From NCBI GenBank assembly GCA_053919585.1, contig CM132792.1: a stretch of DNA of 64,000 nucleotides; one strand, written 5' to 3'. Positions 12,400 through 26,915 of the stretch are shown one piece after another. Made by a program: the position numbers and the translations under genes. Below the pieces are notes generated by a model, which searched no databases, was not told the DNA's origin, and saw only the letters and a program-made list of their open reading frames with translations. The first letter of the stretch is position 1; each line of letters starts with the position of its first letter. This DNA comes from Euprymna scolopes. Lineage: Eukaryota.

Positions 12400-12480
12400 A
12401 CACTTGAACACGGCATTTATACAGCGGCCAAAACGTTAGGAATGTAACAACCAAGATGAGAATGTTAGTCTGAACAACAG
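12400..12480. repeat. Short Penelope-type terminal fragment; related opposite-strand fragments at ~41930-42005 and ~51900-52030
   Basis: cacttgaa...ggccaaaacgtt...aacaaccaagatgagaatgttagtc is approximately the reverse complement of gactattgttctcatcttg...acgtttcggtc...cttcaggt. Confidence 0.45.
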
Positions 12481-14145
12481 AAAAAGTACAAAATACAGGC
12501 ATATTATTCTTCTAAAATTACATTTGATTTTTTCTTACAAAAAGTGGGGAAATAATTTCTAATAGCAATAAAATTTTCTTTGCAAGTATGTTTGACTTTA
12601 TTCAAATCTAAACCAAACAAAATCCGGCATAAAAAGATAATGAATTGATTTATGCAAGATAAATTTATACCATCGAAATATTAAGCTTAAAGTTTTGAGA
12701 GTAAAGTTAGACACAATGTCAGTTTTTATTTGAGAGATATCCAACACCCCTAAAAAAATTGCCTAGGTCGAGAAATACCTCACCCTCATGAGACAAAACA
12801 AATAATACGCATATTTACAAATGAAATTAATTTCAAAATTAGGCACAAGGCCATCAATAATGTGTGTGTGTTTGGGGGGGTAGTGGTCATTGTCTTATTC
12901 TTAACTGACCCATTCATACAGGCACTATTCCTATCACTCTTTCGCCATTTACCTAACATTTTCACTTCGACAGTCACCATAATGGATTGGAATAAAAATT
13001 TCCTTGGTCTAGAAGGATTTATTCCCTGACCGAAGATAGAACAAATACTCCACTTTAATCTATAATTATAGACTTCATGGGAAATTGATTTTGTTGTCTG
13101 TCAGATGATACTGTGAAACTATTAAAATGTTAAAGCGGAGTACATTTTATAAGCATTTATTGCTGATGTAAATGTAAATTACTCAACGTTTGTTTGTCTA
13201 AAGCTTATATAACAAAGTACACAAGAAAAATATTCTTTACTTCTGGGATTGAGTTATGTTTCAGAAAACCAAAACGTTGTTCTAATAAGCCATACTATAT
13301 AATAAACTGAGCAAGTCATACACACCTCCCTCTTATCTATTTCTCTAGCTCCTTTTTGTTGATTCAACTATTCTAATATTTCGAAATATCTCTTCGAACA
13401 TTTAGGGAAAGTGATCCCTTCTCTTCTCAGCCCACATTACAAACACCTAGATGGCAAAGTCTTTTTATTCCTATATAAGAATAATAAAAAAAATAATTGT
13501 ACTTCCATCCAACGATAATATTAATAAAGATGGAAATGAAATGACTTGTTTTTTTAGTTATGCAAGAGAAATGCCTTAACAGATATTTTACAATGTGTAA
13601 ATTTTCAAATGAAAAAAACCCTAAAAAATGTGGTAGTGGTTGTGACCCAACAGTCATCAAGTGTAACATATTATGACAGAACTACTTCCTTGTAGACTAC
13701 AATATGGTCATCTTCAAATCCAATGTCAACAAGTACCTGCTATAAACAATCCTCATGCATAATCACCCCCGCCCATGCAACTACTATCCATCCATCTTGT
13801 TAACTTTTATCCTTGAGTGGATTTTGTCCTTCATAAATAGTGATTTGTTATCAGTTTTTACTTGTTTATCTGGTAGTTAATAATGAAACACATTGGACAT
13901 TATGACCCACCTCCTTTTCTTTTTTCAGTTCTGTAGTACATGAAACTTGCGCACAGGGTAGGGGTTAAATATTAATTGATCATTTCTGTTAAAGATGTTA
14001 TATTTTCAGACTTATTATTTGTAATTAGGAAGCTGAAAAAAAGTATAATAGAAATTTGTATTGAAACAAAAATAACTGATCTTGATACTTTTTACTTCAG
14101 TTTTAATTAACGATGAATCATTAAAGACGGTGTGTGTATGTGTGC

Positions 14146-14147
<2 letters not shown>

Positions 14148-14189
<42 letters not shown>
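14148..14189. repeat. (TA)n microsatellite
   Basis: Directly visible. Confidence 0.98.
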
Positions 14190-14192
<3 letters not shown>

Positions 14193-17100
14193 AAATTGTA
14201 TATTGTGTAATATTTCTTTATTCCCTTACACTTATGCGTATGCGACTTTATGAACAACTAGATGGAATACGATGATTGTTTGTGAAAATCATCCTATTCT
14301 CGCCATAGAATTTACAAAAATCTAATTTGATGCCACTTTATTTTATCAGTGCTTGTTTGTTGACCTTTAACCTCTCACTTTTAAGGGGTGTTAAAGTGTC
14401 TCCTTTCATGATTTTCACTAACAACTTTTTACATCCAACATGGATGTTATGTAATTTTGCTATTATCATGTTAGTTTTTATATATTCAAAATGTTTATTC
14501 GGCGATGTAATCTCTAGCTTTCTCCAGGTACATCCTTTTTGAAATTTGTAACCTTTCCATCAAACTTTGGGATTTTTATACTGAGCTCTCTGATCATTAC
14601 AGTTTTGTACTGAACTGTTTGCTTTATTTGCCGAGGTAGATTGTTCTTATTCCATCGGCCCATAATACAAAATATTAACAACTTTGTGGTTTTTATATTT
14701 TCACCTTTAAACAATATCAATGTTTTCATCCGAGAGGAGTAGGGGACATTCTAATGGAAAGAAAAGGAGAGAAAAATAATTCTGCAGAATCACTGACTTT
14801 TAAAGTGTATTTTTCTACAAGAATGTTTTATATAAACTTTTTTTTTTGTTTTTGATAAAATAATAAAACTTCAGATGTAACTTTGATAATAGCATATTTT
14901 TCTTTTTGGGCATTAACCAAAATTTGTTGAAATTAAAAAAAAAAATACAATAGCATAAAAATGAATTTAAAACATCTAATTCAAAAGAGTAGTTAAATTA
15001 AAATACAAAATCTACCACGATGCATTTCGGTTTCTTAAACAAGTGAAACATTTTAATCCTTCATTAATAGTTGAAAAAGAAAATAACTAAAAGGCATGAA
15101 TGATTTAGATTCTTGGAAATTTCAAATCATTTAAAGTGTCGAATATAAATTTATTCATTTATTTCTTTAAAAAAAAAAGTAAAGATCCTCCCGAGCAACG
15201 CCAGGTAGCTACAACTAGTTGATATAAAAAAAAATGGCTTAAATAACTTTATTCATTGTTGATTCTTTTAAGCCGTAATACTAAATGTTTGGCTGCAAAA
15301 TGGTCAGAAAATGGCTTACATATAAATCGTCTTAGCCAGCCTTATATGAATGAAAATAATTCCTGCTACTTGAAAAGCATTGTTATAAACTGTCCTCCTG
15401 ATTTGCGATCAATTGCACAATGTTGTTGGATAGAATGAGCAACAAATTGTTGAAAAGGAAATCACATTTCATTAGCAACATAGTAGACGAGAATGCAAGA
15501 CGTTTTTTCTTAACAATTATTCCTACTTTGAAATTGAAAACTAATTTAAATCTAAAATTTTGTTCGTTTGTTCTTCACGAGATTTTCAATTTATGTCTGT
15601 TGGGAAAAATATTTTAAGAATGTGATACATCATTTTATTTTTTTGAATCGTTGGGAAAAAATAGTAAGTTTGAAATTTAAGACTAATTCCATAAGAGAGA
15701 CTAATATTAAAAAATAACATTTTAAATTTAAACAAATATTCCACTGATTAAACAATAAAACCATATCTAACACAAAATAAGAATTAAAAATTGTATTATG
15801 TACCAATAACAAAAAATATATACAATACAACAAAAAAAAAATCAGTTTAGTTTTTTTCCCCATTCATATCTAAAATAAGTTGCAAATTTATTTCAAATAT
15901 AATTTTGCTAACCTTTTTATCAAATAAAAATGCAGTGAGCATTAAAGTTTCATGTGATAATGTTGAAAAAGAAAAAAAAAAAAGAGGTAATATAAAAGAT
16001 GAATACATTTTCTATTCTGCCATTCCATTTTGGTGTCTTTTTTTAAACTGCTTTAATACTTTTTCTATTACTGCCATGGGATTGAGTTTCAATATTTCTT
16101 TCTTTTTGGTTTTGGAAAATCAGAAAATCACTGATTCTAGTTGAGAATTTCTCACCTGTATTTTTATTCTAGTTTCTCTCCTATTTGTGGAGTTGCGTGT
16201 GCAGAGTTCAAATCCTATCTGCAATCATGTATCATGCATTAATATTTGAACAAGCACTATCCTTCACTCAGTCATTGGTAAAATAGCAACCTGTGTTCAA
16301 TTAATCGTATCTGATGGACCCATTACAATATAATTTACAAAGTGTTAATTTACCTTCACATTGTAAGAAAAAAATGTCCACCTACAGTTTAATTTTAAAT
16401 CTGGAGAAAAATGAGTTTCACTTGAAGAGGCTTAGAAATTTGTGTGGTGAGTGAAACTAATTTGACTGTTCTGTGTTCATTTGTATAATTAACCATATTC
16501 CTCTCTTTCACTCTTGTCTCAGTATACTATTCATCCAAGTTTTCTTAGTTTTTCTTTTAAAATAAGGATAAAAAATATATACAAAATCTGTGTGCATCTT
16601 CACTTTCTCCGAAGTGTTCTCGACTGTCGATTTACCATTTTATTAGCAGTTTTCACCATGGAACCTTTAATAGAAGTAGCGAAGAAGCTATCGTTCAGTA
16701 GCATGTGGCTGTTGGTGTGACGGTTGATGGTGATAAAGGGGTGGGGGTGGGGAAGAGTATTTTAGACTTTTAATTCTTTTAAAAAACGAGTTGCAAATAG
16801 AATTTCTTTCAAAAGTTACAGAACTAAAATCATCTTTTGATAAATTCCGCGATTTCATCTTATGCCGTTTTAGACATTTGTAGATTTTATTCTTGTTTCT
16901 CTTTTTTTCTTAGAACTATTTCGTGCACTTTATTCAGTTTTATGATACTTATTATGGAAATCATACACATTGTATATCATTTTTATATGGATCATATTTC
17001 GAAACTTCTGTTTTGTATTATAAGATTAAATTAAAATATTCAAGAATTCTCCATGGATCTTGTAAAATAAAAGTATGTTTCAGAACTATCTATATAAATA

Positions 17101-17809
17101 AAATAGTATGTGTATGTCTGTATGTAAATATTGAACCGATAAACTCTTAAACTACTTGTCACATAACCCTGAAATTAACAGGAAATAGTAATCATACATC
17201 AAGGATAGTTTCTAACGAGTAAAATCTTTGTTTGGATGTATAACATGTAGAGAAATATATCGGCGAGTTGAAATGCAAACTGCTCATTGCTACTTGCTGA
17301 CATATTTTTATTTCTTTCTGCGCATGCCCAAATTCAATTCATTTCTTCAGGTCGTTTAATATTAAATCGTCCTTACATATCTCTTATATATAATATATCA
17401 GTAGGAGACGTAGCTGGAGTGCCAAATATTTTTTATTTCAATTCTAGCCATTTGTTTTTTTTTTTTTTAAACTTTAGAAATCACTACTATATATTACAAT
17501 ATAATATTCAATAGAGAATTTGCTCTCTAATACTAATTACTAAATCTACATGAATTAAAAAATATATTTATTCATATTTTACGAACTGACCCCCCCCCTC
17601 GTTTTTACAATAAAGAGTTACGTGTTTTAAATGAAAAAAATGTTCTTTTAAATAGCACCTAATAGTAATAACCCTGGAATTTCAATAACAATCAGATGTG
17701 ACATCTGCTTGGCTTTTTGGCTAGAAACAAAGTGTGTAGTATCTGCTGTGATGCTACACTTCACCTCTTCTATGTTCGGTCAGTGGAGAAGAAATCCTTC
17801 ATGAGCGCG

Positions 17810-17925
17810 ACAATTTTAATTTTTGTTCCTATCCAAAGTGCCCCTTTTTGAGAAGCTGAATTTTTCCTCACATTAAAAACCGACCATGTGTCTAACTCTG
17901 CTCTCATGGGGAAGGAAGTAAATCG
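17810..17925 (+). repeat. Dispersed repeat (second copy 21135-21243)
   Basis: Shared tcca.agtgccccttt.tga..agct...cattaaaaac.gacc...atgg.gaag.aa.taaatc. Confidence 0.8.
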
Positions 17926-18366
17926 GAACAATCGAATATGGCATCTAGAATCATTCCAGTACTAGTAGACGCACTTTGTCTGATCTAGTATACTTTGTAT
18001 AGTAGAAATCCAAAAAAATGTTTATTCCCAGCACTTGACAAATTCTTAATACAATTTGTCATAAACAACCGTAAGGAAAAGACTGATTTGAAGACAGTGT
18101 CTTTCATTATATATTCATGTTGCCTTTCAAAAGAAATGTCCTTTCTTTTTAGCATTTTTATTGTTGCATTTAACTTCAAAATGTTGACATGCAGGAAGAT
18201 TTAGCTTCTTAGCAATCACTTTCTTTTGGGGTTACAAATATTGTTTGGGTCAGATCATTTTGACAGATTCTAATTTGTGACCTTCTTTTTCATTTGATAA
18301 AAGTTTTATTGGTGGAAGTACAAGTTGTAACGTGAATGTATTTTGTTCATTCTTTCAAAATGAAAT

Positions 18367-18399
<33 letters not shown>

Positions 18400-18877
18400 A
18401 TATGTCTCAACTAGAATCCGATAATCTCTACCTACAATGATTTAGGTCATCTGTCAATGTCATGGATACACATATAATCTCGGTGTATAAACCCAGATTA
18501 ATTTTATTGCTATTAATCTCCTTTAAAATTAACTGAGCTATTAGCTTATTTGCAAAGCACACACCAAACAAAGGCTTTATTTATGGCAACTATTTTTTTT
18601 TCTTCTAAACACATTTTGTTTTTCTTTTCATATTCATTAATATATTTTTGTTGTCAAATATTTGGGGTGGAAGGAAAATTCGATTTTTTTTTAATTGTAA
18701 AAGTTATGCTTGTTAAGCTCATTAAAAAGTTTGATTTTTTTTTATTTTTATTTTTTTTTTTTGTTTCACCTTCTACATTTCTTTAGAGGGATTTAAAGAA
18801 TTTCTTTGATAGAATTTTTTGTATTAAAATATCGATAGAAGAATATTATGGAAATAAAATTATATTGTCTCTGTGTG

Positions 18878-18918
<41 letters not shown>

Positions 18919-19523
18919 GTACAGGATTCACAACCAGGCTCATGAAATCTTAAACACAACTTAGAGGCATAAGGGATTCAAATGTGAGCTACATTTAGTT
19001 TTTTTTTTTTTTTGCAAAGAGGGTGCAATCTCTGATTTTTTATGAAATTTTAACATGTTTTAAAATTGACTTGTCTTGGGACAGGTATTCTGCTGTGTAT
19101 GTATATACATATATTCGTATATTTAGGTAACAAATCATTTTCAAAACATGGTTGGTTGAATATGATCGAGTTCTTTCTTTTTCTGCTCTTTCTGCTAATT
19201 CTCTCAATTTGTTGAGCATTTCTCTAGGTGTCTAGTAGTAAATTGTGTAGTATGTAGCTAAGTGATTCTGTGTTGGTCATTTTTTTTCTCTAGCACTTTA
19301 TTTTTGTCTGCCAGAAAGACGGAGAGAGAGGGGATAAAGAAGGGGTGTGGAAGGGCCATTAAAAAAAAAAATTTGCTATAATTATATACTTATATTAATT
19401 GTTAAATATTTTAGTACTTGTATTAAATTCTTTTTTGTTAATGTTAGACTGTATTTTATATTTAAATATATACAATTCGGTTTTTAAACTAATCATTATG
19501 GAATATAGTTGGTAGCACTGAGT

Positions 19524-19525
<2 letters not shown>

Positions 19526-19569
<44 letters not shown>
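19526..19569. repeat. (TAT)n microsatellite
   Basis: Directly visible. Confidence 0.98.
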
Positions 19570-20721
19570 GTGTAAACTTTACCATTTAGGGTGTGTGTCC
19601 TCCCCGGAAAACACTTTAACCCTATCCCGTTGCAATGGAATTTCGATAAATTTTATCATTTTTAATTTCATGAAGACATTTCCTTAACATTTCTTGAATC
19701 CATGAGAATCCATGTGCTTTCCTTCTCCAAGTTATTTTAAAATTTCTATAATTTGTAAATTAAAAATAAAGTGAATGCTTTCATTGATATTAAGTGCGAA
19801 TAGACACAGCCTGATAAATGGTATTCTTCATTTGATCAAAATGGAATATATTTATCAATGTATTCCATAAATTGTACTTTCAGAATATAAGATTATAAAG
19901 GTCTATTTCTAAAACCTTAGGAGTATTTTGTGGAGACATAGACAGAAACTACAGCTTTTTTTAAAAATATACTGGGGGCCACTCCTTTAATTCCTCAAGG
20001 TAGAGAAATTTTTACTTTTTTTTATTTTCCCCAAACATGTTTAATATTTTTGTAATATGGAAGATATTATATGAAAGAAAAAAAAGGTATTTAAATAAAG
20101 GTATTTAAAAAAAAAAAAGAAGGTATTTAAAAAAAGGCATTATAACAGTATTTTCAACTTATTCAATTCTTGATGTAACCATATTGTTATCTTGGTGAAA
20201 ACTAAATTTTTGTGATTTAATGTAATATCATTTTTTTTATATTATGGTTAATATATTTGACTAAATAACATTGTTCTATTTATAAGAAGAAAAGAAAACA
20301 GTTTATTCATAAAAAGAAGGAAAACCTTGTCACTGTAAGTTGATAAAATGTGAATATTCGTTTTCTGGCCTAAACTGTAATGTAATATCAGTTTTTGTTA
20401 GTTTTATTATGAATAATTATTACCTATTTTGTTTTTGAGAAAGATCGTAAAAGTTGACTGACTGTAAAGTATCTACTAATTAGTCTTGAAAAATCTCAAG
20501 AATGTCAAAGGTCACTTGTAGATTTTCATAAAGACATCATAGTAGATAGTTATTCAGAAACAAGTTATTGTATCCCCTATTGTGATATGCAAGTAATTTC
20601 TTCCAAGTCTTTAACTTAACAAGTAGATTTTCATTGTTTCACATGCATGGATTAAATTAAATGCATATAGCATCTCTGGACAACTCATACAAAATTTCTT
20701 TAGACAAATGAAAAACAACAA

Positions 20722-20880
20722 ATTCTGTACAGAACCCTGATACATTTAAACTTTAACATTAAAGCTGTCATTAAATGTGCTGTTATTTTGACACAACTTT
20801 GAACGTTTTTGTGCATTGCTTGAATCACCTTCAGCAACCACTTTACTGCTAGCTTATGCAAAGTTCGCTAGACATATTTT
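20722..20880 (+). repeat. Dispersed repeat (copies at ~56141-56290 and partial ~55630-55705)
   Basis: Shared tctgtacagaaccctgat and attgcttgaatca.cttca.caacca blocks. Confidence 0.75.
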
Positions 20881-21699
20881 CACACTCTGTCAAAAATTTT
20901 GCGTCCACAAAAGCAAAATATCTGTTCTTATTAAGGTGCCTTTCTTGCATTTATCTCAAGATAAATATTGCACCCTTAGTAGTTTGTTCACATAAAAAAA
21001 CAAACTTTATTTCATCTATACTTATCTTAATAGAAAAAGTACCTCTCGGGTTAGGGTTAAGATCACAGTGTAGTATTTATTTTGATGCTATACGTAAGTT
21101 AATTTCTCTTTTGTAGAGGAAAACCTATATTAAGGCAATTTTTTTTCCTACTTCCAGAGTGCCCCTTTATGAGGAGCTAGTTTTCTCCTACATTAAAAAC
21201 GACCTTTTGTCACATTTTGCTTTTATGGAGAAGCAAATAAATCTGTCTATACTTATCTAATTTTATTCTCTAAATCAATTACCATTCTTGATTTTACAAC
21301 TCCCCATACTATTTCTTTCTCAATTCATATAGCTGTATCATATACTTTTTATTTCTCATTATTCAAGAATTCCTTATCGTAGAATTTCCAAGCATTCTTA
21401 TTGTTCTGTTCAATTGTTGCTAACATTTCATTGTCATCGGAAATCTACTTCTCTCCGACAACATCTACATTTGCCTTTGCCATCCGATCGACATTTAATA
21501 TTCCTCTTCATGACATTTTATTTTTATTATTAAGACCGAACAGTTCAAATAACTGATTTATTTAGTGAAAATTTACATTTCTGAAAAATGGTTTCATATT
21601 AAAAAGAAATTCTTCCAACTTGGTTTCGTTGCTATTTTATTAACAAATTTAATGTTATGTGAATCTATCCACAAGGTTTTTTCTTTCTTTTATTCCCAC

Positions 21700-23900
21700 A
21701 TATCTGCACTTATTTCATTTTTATTTCAGCAGTTTTTTCCTTTTTAAGTTTTGGAATTAAATTTCTAAATAAAATTGTCAATTTCTTGTCTATTTCTATA
21801 TTGAAACTCTATCGAACTCTGATCAACACAATGTCTTATCTGCCATGAAACAATTTTGGAATCAGCAAATTAATTCATCCTCCTGTAATTGGTTGTTGAC
21901 TCATGATACAATAGTTAGCTTTTTTACCAACATGAGTGCTTATCCAGAATCGCTTCCTCTTCCATAAAGAAACATCTAGCTGGCTGAAATAAAATTACCG
22001 CGCACCAAAACTCATGTAAATTTATCAAATAGTTTTATTTTTATCAAGAAAACATTTTTAAGTGAATTTGAGTTTTTTCATGGCTTCCTTCCTCATGTTA
22101 ATGGCTTTCTAAAATTTCAATTTGGAGTTATCTCCCTTGTTCAGATTTTTTTTCAAACTGGTGTTGAGATCATCTCTCACAGTTTAGCCATAAAATTTGA
22201 TTTCCTCATTTACAAATAAAACTACTTGATCAGTTTACATACTCTTTGTTGTACGATATTCTCTTTCGGTCATACGTATGTACATCATTTATATTTTTGC
22301 ATTGGAGGAATTCTTGATAAGCACTCCAACATGTTTTAATTTATGTTGATTGATGCGTGATATCTTAAGATTTCAATTTTTCCATCTCTTAATTGACTTC
22401 AACATCCTGGTTTATTTTATTTAAAAGAACATTTTTATTGATTTGTTTAATCTAACCAGAATGACCATTCAATATAAGATTTTAACAATGAAAAAGATTT
22501 AAAACTTCTATCTGAAACACATCTTAAGGCATGTCAAAATATTTTCATGTAATAAATCTTTTCTCATTTTTTTCTTTGCTGTTATTTTATTGAAACAAAC
22601 TCATTCTGTGCCAACCGTTTGATTGCCTTTTCTATTGCTGCTATTAAGCAATTGATTATGGGAGCAATTAGTCTGCTTACAATTGCATCTGCAAAAATGT
22701 CTTTTTACACTAAGCAGCAATTTTCTGTTTGGCAAGTGTTAAGGAATTCTAAGAGGGTTCCTCTTTGACTAGTCAGCAATGCAAAAGTGGAACCAGCTTT
22801 CTTTGAGTGGATTTTTTATTAACATCTGCTTCTAAAAGAAACTACTCGAAATTATTGGCATAAATTGCTTGTAATTCTTTGAAATATATTATACTTATCT
22901 ATTTCAATTGAAGTCCATGTTCTCTCAGAATCATCTAATTTTGTGCTGTGTCTGACAATTGTAACAACTGTATCAGCGTTTGGTGCAATTGAAAGAATGG
23001 ATTTAATATTGTTGTTGATATCCCTACTTTGGTTTGGTATGTACAATTATAGAATAACAATTATCACCTTATTTGAGATTGAATACACAATGTACAATAA
23101 ATTTCTCTTCACCTCCAAAAGTTTTTTTTATTTTTTAGGTTATCTTCAGTTCGAATTTATGAAAAGAAAAATATTTAAATTTATCAACAATAAGTAAGCG
23201 AGATGATGACTTTGTATTTTAAATGTAAGGAAATTTATTTCTGGTGATAATCCAGTAGAATTTGTTAGTTTTATAAGAATTGAGAAAATCGTGTACTTTC
23301 TTGATTGAAAAGATTGCTAGTTAGTCCGAGACATTTCTCTTTGTAAAATAATTTTGTTTAAAACTATTCAAATTGGTCAACTTGAAAACATACTTTGTAA
23401 GAAACGTTTTTCATTTTTATTATGAGTATAGGATAGCTATAAAATGTCTTTGAAAACATTTGAGTGATGTCAAAACCAGTTCCTTGTAGCTGTTTGACTT
23501 ATTAGAGTGCTTAAATTATATTTGATTCAAATGTTTTTATAAGAACCAATCGTCAATAAAATATAGTTATTTTTATAAAATCTCATCTGTTGATAAAAGC
23601 ATTAAATTTATCTGATGTAAAGATACCGTTTTATTGTTAATCCATATAAATTCAGATTTTGTCTCATTTTCTAGCAATGGACATTATGATACTCCAGTTA
23701 TCTGTGAATAATGCTCATAGGAAATTAAGCATTATTATTTTAAGTGTGGTTTTGTTATTATATTATCATAACTAATCAAGAGATAATTTATAACAATCAC
23801 ATGTTTATTCAAAATAAAGTGTACACTTATTTTATTCAAAAATTGTTGCAAACTGTTCACTTGTTCTTTCAATTCCATTGTGTCAATCAATTGAGGGTAT
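21700..23900 (-). mobile_element. Highly degenerate Ty3/Gypsy pol remnant (RT - RNase H - integrase)
   Basis: Minus-strand fragments in Gypsy order: KTxxxT-like (~23625), DIL (~23445), PEINFLTFKI (~23240), SERTWTSIE...ELQAI (~22900), W..K.DITH..IKTC.ECLSR (~22340), TP...SEQGR (~22140), P..MFLYGR (~21965). Many stops and frameshifts; no LTR pair found. Confidence 0.5.
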
Positions 23901-26827
23901 CTATACATTCGTCACATTGATAGTCTCGGATGTTAGTGACTTCTGTAGAATGTTTCATGCTTTCTTAATCCTAAATTATAAGTGCATCGATTTTCACTAC
24001 AAATGAATAAATCACTTCATTGGTCGAAAGTGTTTAATTTTGTTGGTATATGTTGCTTCATATCAATCACCCACTTTCAGAAATATTTCCTACATCAGAT
24101 AATCTTGAAAGATTTGTCTTCTACCAAATCACAAGTATTCGGTTTATATCCCGGATAATTATTTTAATGCTTTTTATTCAATTTTCTACTTTTTGTTTTA
24201 ATAAGCCTTTTGTCCACCTTTATAGCTATTGTGAATTAATTGCATGTATACTATGCAACGTTTTTGTTAAATTCCAACACTGTATAAATTTAAATAGGTA
24301 TACTATTAGTTGTATCTTATGGGCTTTCATAAACCTTTGAAGAATAATTACAATTCATTCTAATATGTAAATGATTTACACTTTTGAGAATTTTTCATTA
24401 AAACATGTTATCACTTTTTGTTTCTCTTAATTATAATCTGTATTTATATCTCTGGAAAGGAATCGTGATACTATGCTAGCATTCAATCTCACTTTTCTCA
24501 CAGTGGAAGAAAAATAGATATAAATTATAAAGCATTTGAAGTTTTCCAGCATCATACACCTTCGACTAGATTGCACAACTAAAGCTTTCTTACATTTTTT
24601 GTGTTATGATTGCTTCAAATAAATTTAAGTTTGTGCATACACTAATATTTATTGGCCATTATGATTGTATTGTATGAAGTTTACTTTATTATTGAATGTG
24701 CTCTTGATTAGCCATTAGTGATTTGATTAAGTGAGCAATAAAAATAATCTGTCATCACAAAATTGCTCTATTGTTTCTGAACTCTAATTTGCAGTTGACA
24801 TTTCTTATTTTAAGATTGCTTTGTCATAAGTCATTTTCTTTTCATAACATGGCTATTCAAGTAGGATATTTTTTGTCCAGACTACTATTGGTTTTGTTTT
24901 ACCTTTTATTTTGAGAAATTTGGATCTTATGCATCCTTCAAAATGTAAATATAGTGGAGTTTACTCAAGTATTCGGCAGGTATAAACAGAAAAAAAAATA
25001 TGGTGACAATTGGGAATTCTCTCGTGGTGCGTAATTTAAAATGCCACATTTAAAATGATGAAATAGTTCTGTGTTGAATCATTGTCAGAGGAAATCGCCT
25101 TTCAAAACACAAATTAAAAAAACATGATGCTGATACTATAAATAATATCCTTTACAATATTGGAAATATTCATTTTTCTTTTTAATTTTATGTTTCCACA
25201 TGATAGACAAAATATATGCTGCTTTTAATAATATATACTGGTTTTGACCATAAATTGTTTTTGAAAATAGAGCTAGCAATGTTTAATTACAAGAAAATGG
25301 ATTGCTTTCTATGATGAATACGAGGGCATCCATATAAAATGTTACAATGACTTTTCTTTGCAGTGAACACATAACTGGACATAACTATATTAGTTAACTC
25401 AAGTTAGTTAACTATTAAACAAATAGATAAAATAGGTGGGTCTATATGACATAATGAAAAAATGTTTAAGTAAAATCAGCTATGATTATAGCTTTTATTG
25501 CTTTTTCTTTGAAATATATTTAAAAACAGAACGATCTGTGGTGCTGTAAAATAAGTACTTAAATAATTTGTGCAGAATTTTAAGTGGTATAACCTTTCTT
25601 CCAGCGTGTGGCAACGGGTTTTTATGTCATCACAACCCTATGAAGCTATTATATAACTCCTCTAGGTCCATAGGAAAATCTGTTGTCTATTATGCGTTGA
25701 TAATCAAGCACAGCTGGTGTGGAAAAAATTTCATAGATGATATTCTTTTGCTTGAAAATATGACGGAAATGAGGAAGTCAAAAATGATAATAAATATGAT
25801 ACTAATAAAACATTGTGGATGTTTTTTTTTATTAAAAAAAAAAGTCACTATCTTTAATACAGATTAGTTTTAGTTTAATTTCTATATTAAAAAAATTGTG
25901 AGCATTTCTCATGTGTATGTGTTTATTGCCTCTGTGACGTGCACATTAGTTTATTTTATGTAATTACAAAATTTCTAAACAAGCGATCCATTTTAATTAT
26001 TTCTTAATTTGATGGCAAAAGAAAGGAATAAAAAAAAAAGGAATGAACTAGTTTGAGGAGGCATGAGAATTTAAGAATTTTAATTCTTGGCAAGTCCTCA
26101 TGTACTTTTAGAAACTACATAGATCAAACAATATAAATAGGTTAAAATATTACTGTAAAACAATTCAGTTATAATCTTATGGCAGTCTGGTTTAATGACC
26201 AAACAATACCATAATAATTAAATTTAACTTTAAAAATCTAGTTTCTGAAGCTACCCCCACTCCCTCTCATCTGCTGCCTTTCAACCAAACCAGCCATACT
26301 ATTATTTGTAATTATTAATGTGATTTCCACGGAAATAAGATTCTACAGTTCAATGTGGAATTTAATCCAGCTTCTCCGAGGAGACAGTCTGGAATGTCAC
26401 AAAAATAGCTTGGATTAACATTTCATAGTAAGGCGCTTCGGACGATTTGCAATAATATCTGTGCTCTCAAAGCAGATGAGGTAATGCTTGGGAAAATAAC
26501 ATTTTGTGCAGAATCATTACTGTTTTTAGCCCAAGTTGTATTAGCTCCATCATCTTCAATCTGTTATCAAGACCTATACATGATTTTTAATGCTATTTCT
26601 CATTTTTACATTTTTTCTTTTTAGTTTTGTTTATATACACTTGTTTCTTAAAACTGACACATTCCATGTTGTATTCATGCTTTTCCTAATCTAATTGTAT
26701 TATCTTTTAAAAATATTTTACACTCTATTTTAGAAATTCAATTTGCTATTTTTCACGCACATGTGCATTATATCTTTTGCAGAAAAGATAGTGAATAATA
26801 TGTATAACTTTAAAGTTCACCTGATAG

Positions 26828-26915
26828 TGAGGACCCCATTTGGGAGCTTGCGAATACCATTACCCCCAGATCTACTCTAAAGGGTGGTAGTGCCTGTCAG
26901 GTTCCCTCATCTATT
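26828..26915 (+). repeat. Degenerate SINE-like fragment
   Basis: ccattacccccagatctactctaaagggtggtagtgcctgtcagg resembles an abundant octopod repeat core (from recollection, unverified). Confidence 0.4.
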
